Part shown: positions 1 to 9,694 of the stretch, in pieces | Layout of the letters: each line of letters begins with the position of its first letter | Position numbering within the stretch: position 1 is the first letter of the stretch | Source of the DNA: Podarcis liolepis | Taxonomy: Eukaryota | Assembly: GCA_965112155.1 (NCBI GenBank) | Contig: OZ218109.1 | Length of the DNA stretch: 64,000 nt | Strand: one strand, 5' to 3' | Position numbers and translations under genes: made by a program | The notes under the pieces: model-generated | Told to the model about the DNA's origin: nothing | The model's input: only the letters and a program-made list of their open reading frames with translations | The model's database searches: none

Positions 1-393
1 CTTTATGCAACTATTTAGGATTAAGAAAATATAGAATTAACTTTGAACCTCTCAAGTTGTCAAGTATTTATTGGAAACAGTAGTAGTGTTTAGTCCTGCT
101 TCAAAATGCACTTCTACAACTGAAGCCTTCAAGTAATTGTCAGGTTGGCATGTTTTTTGTTTTGTTTTTGTTTTGGCTGTCTCTGAGAAACACTAGTCCA
201 ATGAGTTATCTTTCTCAAATGTATTCAGTCATCTGCCTTTTCCTACAAAAACTACTAATATAAGAGCAAGCATGCTCTGGTACAGAACTAGGGCATTTAA
301 CATACAAAATTGCCCTGAGCCAAGCCACAACTCTAATACAGATATAGAATGATAAAACTGGCTCCAGGAAGGCAGGCAAGGAATGAGTTAAGC

Positions 394-445
394 GAAGAAG
401 AAGAAGAAGAAGAAGAAGAAGAAGAAGAAGAAGAAGAAGAAGAAG

Positions 446-480
<35 letters not shown>
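394..480. repeat. Compound microsatellite (GAA)18(CAA)11 in TRA2A intron 1
   Basis: Directly visible: GAA units 394-447, CAA units 448-480. Confidence 0.97.
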
Positions 481-2849
481 CCAACACAGGTATAGCAAAG
501 TATTTGTGGGCTCATTTACAAGCTATTTAAAATTTTCTTTTGAGCACCAAGTGTTTTATCAACAAACCCATTATCAGTACTGAGCACCAAAGCACTGAAA
601 ACCAAACAGATATACTCTACTATCCCAAATGACTACAAAGCATTCTGTAATAGAACACCACTTTTGATGCAGCAGTTTGCTTTGAATTGTGCAGATCTGT
701 TCTAAGTGTAGTGAACTAGTTGAACACAGATACTCTGCCCTGCTAACTTTCTACAGAACTATGTGGCTCTATATATTTAACACACACTCATCATCACAGG
801 TTAAACATGTTATTTTATTTTGTGCACATTCAAAACTAAATTTGAATGCACAAAGAATGCAAGGTATTTTCTTGGAATGTTCAATCAGCATTAAATACTA
901 CCGCTCAGGTTTTAGAGCTCCAAGCCAGTTAATGTGAAAACTCCGGTGCTAGCTGGCAACTTTTCACTTCATATAATGAGGGAATACGCAGAATGCTTTG
1001 ATCAAATCACCACAGCTGGAATTAGGGTACATATAGACAAGGCTGGCCCACCCGAGGCAAGGTGAAATGACTGCCTCATGTGGTAAGCTTCACTGGGGTA
1101 GCAGATCCCCATGTCAATCTCCCTTCACCTTGTTTCTGATGTAGATTTTCCCTCACCCCTTCTTCCCTGGTGGGGAAAAACAGAACTAGCATTCTCTCTA
1201 TGGTAAAAAATGGATATGGAAACAAATAGTGTGCTTTTCCTGTTAAAACATGTATGCACACATGCGTGCATGTGTTAAATATAGCACAGTAGACAGTACA
1301 GTACTGCAGAGTTAGTCGTGCAGTGAATCTGCGTCCAGCTACTTTACTACCCCCTCCCTGCCAAAGACTTAGGTGGTGGTAGTGGGTGATCCCATGCCTT
1401 CTTTGGCCTAATTTCATTTTGTTTTGTCTTAGCCACCATACATTGGTTCAACACTGACAGTCACTCCTGGATGCTTACATAAGAGAATAGAGATGGATGT
1501 GATCAGCATATTGATATGGCAGGCCCTATTCCCACAGCACTAAGTGAGTCTTCCAAATATCCTTATGCTGAATGTTGCCAATTTAAAAAACAACATGGAA
1601 TCATTCTGACCAACAGCCCAGACATTCTGTCTAGAAGTTCAAACTGGAATTGAAGAATGGAATGACCTAAAAGGTGCTGAGAGGTCCAAAAAAAGTTTCT
1701 CCCTGTTCACCTCCAAGTACAGATCATTCACCAAGTGTAACTAATGCTGTTCCAGTCCCACATCCAGCCCAGTCTGACCATAATTGCCAAGGGTCAAATA
1801 AATGTATTCCACCCAAGAATGGCTGGAATTGTTCGGCTTACAACACTCACCCAAACCTCCCTATTGCTACTTTTCAGATTTATATGGGAAATTGTGAGTT
1901 GCAAGCTGTGCCAAAGACACGTATTTCAGAATCATGAAATTCCCTCATACTTCTTTATACTGGAGGGCAGGGGAAAGGGAGTCTCTCAAGCTGCTGTATA
2001 GTGGTAGATAAACACTAGTATAAAGCACCCTGATAAATCAAGCTAGGATAATGCACTTTTCCCAGGCATGAATCGCAATGCCATTACTAAATAATGCCTC
2101 CAATTCTTTTGAGAGAGGATTCACACCTCTCCTTCAGAAAGCTTCCGAGGGGGTCATATATAACAATAATAAATAACAAAACAGGCGCGGGCTTTGGATC
2201 AAACCGTTGAGTTACTAACAACAAACCTAAACAGAGCAAAATGTCTGCCGCCACCCCAGACACAACAAAAAATTGATTCTGGCTTTCCTTGTTTAAACTA
2301 GAAGTCGTACTGGAGATACAAGAAGGCTGCCTAGGAGGACGCTGACCTTCAACCGCAGAGTAGGAACCCTGACCTAAAGCTGGGTCGCTACAGAACCACC
2401 GTCATAGCAATGTATCAGTAAAAAAATAATTAAGAGGTAGGTCCCCAATTGCATGTGTGGGCTAAAGGTGGGTCTTCGGTCTGAAAAGATTGAGCCGGAG
2501 GGAAAACAGCCTTTTCTGCCTAAGAAAGAAGATCGCCTCGGTCCTCACGCGCCGGATTTCCTGATCTACACGAGGCGTTGAGATCCCTCCCTACCAAACA
2601 AATCCTAACTTCGCTCAGGATTTGGTGGTCGGGGCCTTGGAAAAGAAGAAAGCGGGGATGGTTTTGCAGTTTTAAACATAATATATATAGAGATTCATCG
2701 GGTTCTAGCGATAACAGCAGAGCTCAGAACTAGAAAATGGGAAGGGGATGGGCTAGGAATCAGGAGAGAGCGTAACAACCGGAATCCCAGGATCGTGTTT
2801 TTGGGGGTTTTGTTTTGTTTTTTTAAGACTAAAGATCCCGGTTCAAAAA

Positions 2850-3480
2850 TGGGAGGGCGGGAAAGCCAGGCCCGGAACAGAAACCGCGAAAACGGCCCCC
2901 GCGGGCGTCAGCGCGGCCCCCACCTCAGGCGAAGGAAACCATTTTGGAGAAACAACGGCGCTCTCCTCCGAGTGGCTCCGCCCCGCTCCGCGCCCGGCTG
3001 GGAGGCTCCGTTTCCCCCGCGTCTCGAGCAACTTCGTGCCCTAGGGCCAGGCCAGGCCTCCGACACCTCGGCCTGGACAGAGAAGCGCTCACTACTCACC
3101 CTCCCCTCGAAGTTGTTCTCCTCCACGTCACTCATGGCGGCGCTTTCCTCCCAACCCGGCAGGCGGACGAAACGAGCGGGAACCCGGGCGAGGAGCGCTT
3201 GAGCGCCGCGACCTTCTCCTGAGGCTGCCTCCTCAGTCAACTAGCTACCCTCTTGTGGCGGCGGAGGCGGCGGCAGCGGCAGTAGCAGCAGCAGCGCAAA
3301 ATGGCGCCTCGCTCCGTAAGGTCTGCGCCCGACACTGCGCGAGGGGGCGGAGCTACCGAATGCCCCGCCCCATAGGCCACAATGGAGGCGACGCCGCCGT
3401 CAGGAGCGAAGCGGGAGGCAGGTGGAGTGGCGCAAGCGCAGTAGAGTCCACGCAGCCCCTCCTGTTTAGGCCGTTGCTAG
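2850..3480 (-). promoter_or_regulatory. TRA2A: TRA2A CpG-island promoter / 5' UTR
   Basis: CpG-rich; YY1-type AAAATGGCG at 3298-3306; GC boxes (GGGGGCGG ~3343, CCCCGCCC ~3363); (GCN)n run at 3258-3297. Confidence 0.8.
3100..3135 (-). CDS. TRA2A: Transformer-2 alpha, coding part of exon 1 (MSDVEENNFEGR); the gene continues off the left edge
   Basis: Minus-strand GCCGCCATG at 3135, 12 codons matching the known TRA2A N-terminus, then donor GTGAGT at 3099. Synteny with CCDC126/FAM221A/STK31. Confidence 0.95.
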
Positions 3481-4414
3481 GCTTACGTTGTAGTGATTAC
3501 AGTTCCTTTAGGTCTATAGTTATCAGCTGTTTTGTTTCTGGGTTCAAAGCCTTGGCTTTCTTTCTCCTCTGGATCTGTGGAGGAATATGAACATGGAATG
3601 TGGCTCCTGCCTGCTGCCTTTCCATGTAGGGCTTGTAATAAAGGATGTGTTATATATTATAGGATTTCCACAGCATCTACATTGGGAGCGAAGGCAGCTG
3701 ACTCTAGGCTGGACTAACTCCTGTGTAAGTTCGGGCAGGATCCCCACGCAACATTATCTCCAGATGTCCATTCCTTCTATATACACTGTAGCTTATAAAC
3801 CAATAGATACTGTCGATGATCCCTTTAGCTTCGAAGCTCCACAACACACATTCTCTTTAAAGGCCATGACAGGTGCCACATAATACCTATCCCACTTTTG
3901 TAATAACTCAGTTTCATAGTGTGGGAGCAGCTGCACTTTGGAACTCCCTGACTCTTGAGATCAAACAGGTACCTGCCCAAAACATTCCTGTTTAGACAAA
4001 CCTACCCAGATGCTTAGAAAGTTCAGGTAATTTTAATTGGTTTTAGTATTTTAACTTTAGTATGTTTTAAATTCTTCCTGAGTTTACTGTTTTTATTTTC
4101 TGTAATCCACTTTTAGGGATTTTTATTTTGGGTGTTTTTTTGCAATTAAGCTGTTTATAAATTTTGTAAGTCATAATAAATCAGTAACGATGTTCCAGCC
4201 ATATTTGCCCTCAACTGCTCACTTCCATGTGAAGTCATGGGATGAGGTATAGCAAGGATATCCAACCGGTCGATCCACGATCCAGCCGATTGCGGGACCC
4301 TGATGGCCCCCCCCAAAAAAAGCTCAACAACTTCAGTTGATCGTCCCCCCAAAAAGCTCAACAACTCTTCCCCCCAAAAAAGCTAAATGTTATGATGGTC
4401 GTTCAAAGCAAATA

Positions 4415-4633
4415 CAGTGGTACCTCAGGTTACAGATGCTTCAGGTTACAGACTCTGCTAACCCAGAAATAGTACCTCGGGTTAAGAACTTAGCTTCAGG
4501 ATGAGAACAGAAATCGCGTGGCGGCGGCAGCGGGGATGCCCCATTAGCTAAAGTGGTACCTCAGGTTAAGAACAGTTTCAGGTTAAGAATGGACCTCCAG
4601 AACGAATTAAGTTCTTAACCTGAGGTACCACTG
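4415..4633. mobile_element. Tc1/pogo (Tigger-like) MITE, family A
   Basis: TIRs CAGTGGTACCTCAGGTT / AACCTGAGGTACCACTG with TA on both sides; homologous copies at 13215 and 22885. Confidence 0.88.
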
Positions 4634-4939
4634 TAAATGCAATTTGTCTCAAATTTTACCCCTGAAAGAGAGGGTTTGTCCTGGAAAAAGAGGACACATG
4701 GCAACCCTAGAAGGGCTCTGCCAACTGCATCAATTGCTGTTAACACCAGGGAGAGACTTCCTTTTTAAAGCCTCTTGTTTTAGGAGTGAGCTGGAGAAAG
4801 TGACTGCAGTGTGTAATGGGCAAGTCAGAGGCTATGCAGTGACCTAGGACTAGGTATGTAATCTCCCTTGCCTACTCGCCCACCACCTCTGCAATCCCTG
4901 TAACAGGCCTCAAAACAAAATTTAAAAATTCCTTCCAGT

Positions 4940-5015
4940 AAGTAGCACCTTAGAGACCAGCTAAGTTTGTTATTGGTATGAGCTTTCGTGTGCATACACA
5001 CTTCTTCAGATACCA
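4940..5015 (-). mobile_element. Penelope-like retroelement fragment
   Basis: Minus strand reads TATCTGAAGAAGTGTGTATGCACACGAAAGCTCATACCAATAACAAACTTAGCTGGTCTCTAAGGTGCTACT, the typical Penelope terminal-repeat segment. Confidence 0.7.
4974..5015 (-). ncRNA. Minimal type I hammerhead ribozyme motif (Penelope-associated)
   Basis: UGGUAU-CUGAAGA-A-GUGUG-UAUG-CACAC-GAAA-GC-UC-AUACCA: perfect 6-bp stem I, full catalytic core, 5-bp stem II, palindromic AGCU in place of stem III. Confidence 0.75.
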
Positions 5016-6049
5016 CAGGCCTATTCTCTTGTCTGGCATGCCTGCACATGTTGACTTGTGAGCAGCATGCATTGCCCAAGCAGTCACAGTATGCTGGATT
5101 ATATATATTTTAAAAAAAATTAGGAATCATCTCTTTCCCATCCTCCCACACTCTTAAGACTGTTACCAATGGAGACTTTATAAGATCACCTTTCTCCTCA
5201 TTCCCCTTTGCTTAACATCCAGCCTCGTGATAAATTCTGGACAAAAAAAGCTAGTTTACTATTTTGATTGGCCTAATTACTTCACAAATTATGCATGCAT
5301 GAGGGAAGTTTGGGTTTGGGTTTCAAAAATAGCAGCTCCCCAATCCCACCCAGGAAACTCCTTTTGTAAGTGAGAAGAGTTTCAAAAGCAGTTTGTGTTA
5401 TATGATAGTGAGTGCTCTAGAGAGTGGGGGAAATTCCATTGTGATACGCCTAAAGTAAGGCTGAAATCATATAAATATTTAATTGGGTGTTAATTCAGTG
5501 GGACGGAATTGGATTGCAGTGTAAAACTGGATTCTGGACAGTTAGAATCCTAAGGTCTTATGTTAGCAAAAGAGGTGGTTGGGTTTATAAGTCAAAAGAC
5601 TCACAACAAACTTGATGGAATTGGAGAACCAAATACATTGCACCTGTCTCATATAACTGCTGCAGAGGATAAGATTAACTCTGCCCTCAGTCATAGCACA
5701 AGCCAGCAGCACATTTATTGGCTACATATACTATAACAAGATTATCAAACAGACAGTGAGGCATAATAATTGGACAAATAGGCGAAATGACAGGACACAA
5801 CGTGGGAGTCCTCTAGCTGACAAAAACTGCCAATATAATTACTATTCATGTAATATACTATTTATTTAAGTAAATTAGTATTTATGAGTAAGGGGGGGGA
5901 GCCTATTAGGCATTGAAAACGAAAATAGGCGTGGGTTGAAAGCTGAAATGCAAACTTTCGGATTGCAACGAGTAAAAACTTCTGATGAAACGTCAGATCA
6001 GACATACACGGTCCATCATCACTGATGTTACTGATGTTTAGTTTTATAT

Positions 6050-6422
6050 CCGAGACTTTCCCTCCGTATTCGGTGCTCTCCCCCCCCTCCCCCCGAAGTA
6101 GCCGGAAGTGAAGTCCGCATGCGCCTCGACCGCGCTGGTCTTCCTATGTACAACGCAGTAAGCGGAGGCTGGCGTCCGGCGGGCGGAGCTTAACCGGGGC
6201 GTTTGCCGTGCGCGCGGAGAGCTCCGGCGGAGCGTGCGGGGTTGCATGGTAACCCCCATTGAGGATCGGAGAGCGTGATCTGGGTGAGAAGGAGATCGCG
6301 GGCCGGAAGGGGGGACGCGCTTGCCTATATGGCTTAAGTGGGCTGGAGAGCATAAAATGCTGGTGGACATTTGCCCATGGCCCTTGGGCAGCCCTGCGTT
6401 TTCAGCCAGCTGTGCTTGCAAG
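6050..6422 (+). promoter_or_regulatory. CCDC126: CCDC126 CpG-island promoter and probable non-coding exon 1
   Basis: CpG-rich; ETS CCGGAAGTG at 6102-6110; NRF1-like CGCATGCGC at 6116-6124; X-box-like GTTGCATGGTAAC at 6241-6253; strong donor AAG|GTAAGA at 6422/6423. Confidence 0.7.
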
Positions 6423-6713
6423 GTAAGATCTGATGTTTGTTTCCTTTGAAGCAGAGGTGACGCGTTCCAGGCAAAACCTCATGCTTCTTTCGCAATGGCA
6501 ACTTCCCCTCTTTAAAGAGAGGCTGTTGTGTTTCGGCTCTCCTGTCCCGAATCCCTAATTTCTCCTGTGCCTTTAGAAATCCCCTCCCCGCCATTTCTCT
6601 CTTTTTTCAGCTTACTGTTTGTAGGCTGCAAAACCGAGCAAGGTTCTTTTTTAGACCGACTTCCTGCCGATGGTAGACTTACACTTAACTGAATCGTTAT
6701 GTTTCGGTTGACT

Positions 6714-6859
6714 CAGTTGCGTAGCGTGGGGGTGCAGGAGGGGCCGGCCGCACCGGGTGCAACATCTGGGGGTTAGGGTTAGGGGGCGCAAATCCACGGG
6801 TTAGGGGGCGCAAATTACTTGCCTTGCCCCGGGTGCTGACAACACACATTACGCCACTG
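6714..6859. mobile_element. hAT (Tip100-like) MITE
   Basis: TIRs CAGTTGCGTA / TACGCCACTG; perfect 8-bp TSD GGTTGACT at 6706-6713 and 6860-6867. Confidence 0.88.
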
Positions 6860-6935
6860 GGTTGACTATCCCTTTCATGATTATTTTAATCTGTTACACT
6901 CAAAGACTTGGCCAGGTCAATGCCCGAGACTAATA

Positions 6936-7029
6936 GCGCAATCCTGTATATATATTTACTTGGAAGTAAGCCCAATTGAGCTCCGATGTGCTTTCTACTA
7001 AGTAGACAAACTGTATATGGGATCGCACT
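6936..7029. mobile_element. Short palindromic MITE of the common squamate GCAATCCTA...TAGGATTGC type; many decayed copies (e.g. ~8160-8520, ~26780-27000)
   Basis: Imperfect terminal inverted repeats and the recurring AAGTAAG(T/C)CC...ATTG core. Confidence 0.55.
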
Positions 7030-7828
7030 CTTTCAAGTACAAGATAGGTGTACACTGCCTGGTGTAAAAATACACAAGCTTCTATGTTACATGGAACTCT
7101 TTATTCAGATTTACTTCACAGTTTGGAGTACAGTAGTGCTGCATAAATGTTGCTACGTGAACGAAACACTGTTTTTGAGAGAGTCTTGTAGTATGACCTA
7201 GGAAGTGGTTGATGTAGCCCATCTGCCTTACTTTTTATCTAGATGTATTCATTTGGTATAGATCAGGCAGCTTGGCTTTGTTGTCTATGGATGGATAGCA
7301 AGTATCTAAGTAATCATTCTCTCCCCAATTCGTAAATCATAATGGTTTGGAATTGCTTTCCTCCTTTTCAATGCAATGTGTACTTTGTAGCAAAAATGGT
7401 AAATTTGCCTGATGAAGAGCTTTGTGTAACTTTGAACTTTACGTCTCCTACAGAGCCAGGCCCATTAAAAAAATAATAAAGCCTGATAAACAAAGCACAA
7501 AAGAAATATAATAGGTATTACGAAATAATTGTTTATTATTAGAAATTGAGGTTTAAGCAGAATGTGGGTTATGCTAGGATTCATTTTTCACATGCATAGA
7601 TGTGAGCTAGAGGTAACAGCCCAAATACTGATTGGGGTGAGTGGGTTAGTCATTTATTATATTGTAAATGATTAATAATTTCAAATTTGAACTTTAAGTA
7701 TTTTGCGGTTTTAGGGATTAACTATGAAATTTTATTATTTTATTTTGCATAATATTTTCTCAATTATATCTAAATTCCTAGTGGTAACAACCTAAATGAA
7801 CTCTCACTTTTTCTTCTTCTCTTGAAAG

Positions 7829-7902
7829 ATTCCCCATCATCTAAATGGCTGCCAGTTGAGCTATTTGCTTTGATAACTAAAGAAAGCATCAGACTAGCTA
7901 AT
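7829..7902 (+). other. CCDC126: CCDC126 non-coding exon 2 (predicted)
   Basis: Long pyrimidine tract plus AG at 7827-7828; GTAAGT donor at 7903. Confidence 0.65.
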
Positions 7903-8619
7903 GTAAGTTAACTTATACTGCCTTTAGCATTTTTGACTTGCAGTCTGTTGATCAGTTCTGGGCTACTCCAGTTCAAATGATAGTTTTATTAAAGCAAATA
8001 AACTGTAAATTATATTTATCTCCAAAATGCACCTGTTTTGTGATTTTGATAATATGCCATTTTTATTTGTTAGTTTTGATTAAATAATGGAGTAATCTGA
8101 TAAGGCACATTATTAATTAAAACATGTTTAGTTTATAACAACCATGATAAGACTTAAAGCACAATCCTATACATTTTGAAGATGTCTCACTTTGTCCAAC
8201 GTGCTTGCTTTGCAGATTCTAATGTGTTTAGGACTGCAGCTTAAAAGTTACCTAGGAATGACGGTGCAATTCTGTGCATGCCTACATAGAAAAGTAAGTC
8301 CCATTGTTTTCTATGGGATGTGCTCTCATGGAGGTACACATAGTAGTGGTGGGGAACTTGTGGCCCTTCAGATGGAAGTGGACTAACATTGGCCCCAGCA
8401 CACATGACCAATAGTCAAGAATGATGGAAGTTTTAGTCCAGCAACATCTGGAAGGCTACAGCTTTCCCATGGCATGTATAGTGGCACTTACTTCTGAGTA
8501 AACATGTACAGGATTGCTCTCTCTCTCACTGTTTTCTGATGTGCTCCTAGTGCTTCATATACCTTCTCTTGGTCTTACAAGAATTGTGTAAAGTAGGCCA
8601 TTGTTATTCCCATATTATA

Positions 8620-9315
8620 CCGTATTTTTCACTCCATAGGACCATAGGGCGCACCTAGTTTTTAGAGGGGAAAATCAAGAAAAAAAAACTTATTTCCCCC
8701 CCACCCCCAAAGAGCAGCGTACCCCCCTGCCGGAGGGGTTGTGCGTAGCTATGCCACAAGCCAAGACAGCGAGTGGGATCCATCCCGCTCGCTGTCTTGG
8801 CTTGTGCCATAGGCGTGCGCAACCCCTCCAGCAGGGAGAGGCTGCGCGGGGCTAAAGAAGCCATAGCCGCGTGCAGCCTCTCCCTGCCGGAGGGGCTGCG
8901 CGTGGCTGTCCCTGAAGCCTTCGGAGCGCAGTGCAAGTTCCCGCTGTGCTCCTCAGGCTTCGGGTTCCTTTTGCTGAAGCCGGGAGAGCAAGACTCTCCC
9001 AGCTTCAGCGAAAGGAACCTGAAGCCTCCGGAACGCAGCGGGAACTTGCGCTGCACTCTGAAGGCTTCGCATTGCTTTCGCTGAAGCCTGGAGAGCGAGA
9101 GGGGTCAGTGCGCACTGACGCCTCTTGTTTTCCAGGCTTCAGTGATAGCAACGCGAAGCCTCTGGAGCGCGGAGGGAGCGCTCCCTCTGAGCTTCGGAGG
9201 CTTTGCGTTGATATTGCTGAAGCCAAGGAGCCTGCATTCGTTCCATAGGATGCACACACATTTCCCCTTAATTTTTGGAGGGGGAAAAGTGTGTCCTATA
9301 GAGCGAAAAATACAG
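8620..9315. mobile_element. Tc1/mariner-type non-autonomous DNA transposon with GC-rich internal repeats
   Basis: TIRs CCGTATTTTTCACTCCATAGGA / TCCTATAGAGCGAAAAATACAG with TA TSD. It explains the overlapping spurious ORFs at 8655-9259. Confidence 0.85.
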
Positions 9316-9694
9316 TAGATGTAGAGCTAAAGTAAAGATACCAGACAAGTTCATGGTTGAACTGCAGGTTGCATCATGGACTTGCAACTCATGCCTTTAA
9401 GGACTGCCCAGTGGCAAATCATAGGCTTTGTTTAATTTACGTGTCTCTGATGAATGGTGAAGTTAAATTTAGAAGTTGGTCATAATAAAGCTCATCTTAC
9501 AAAGACTTAAGACTGATAATATTTTTAAAAATAATGTTTCAGGAATCAACCATGTCCGTTGGGAAAAGTTTACAGAATGATCTCTCCGGAAGGGTAACTC
9601 TGTTGTGAATTTTTTTTTTATTTTTTTTTACTACCATGAAAATACTGTGACTTGAGCCTTGGTTCCTTATGTTGACATTTTGGCCTGCTCAGAA

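Noticed and set aside
394-447. (GAA)18 in TRA2A intron 1 as a Tra2-binding poison exon
   Set aside because: TRA2A is on the minus strand, so the pre-mRNA reads (UUC)n, not GAA; no exon boundaries are evident.
215-515. Poly-V/L and poly-C/S ORFs
   Set aside because: They are translations of the microsatellite.
2795-3590. Several 90-135 aa ORFs over the TRA2A promoter, including a poly-Ala ORF
   Set aside because: Stop-poor GC-rich CpG island, mostly non-ATG starts and no recognisable protein; only 3100-3135 is coding.
4305-4385. Three spaced CCCCCAAAAAAGCTCAACAACT repeats, superficially CRISPR-like
   Set aside because: Eukaryotic context, irregular spacers, and the same motif occurs in a hAT fragment at ~30355-30410; these are transposon subterminal repeats.
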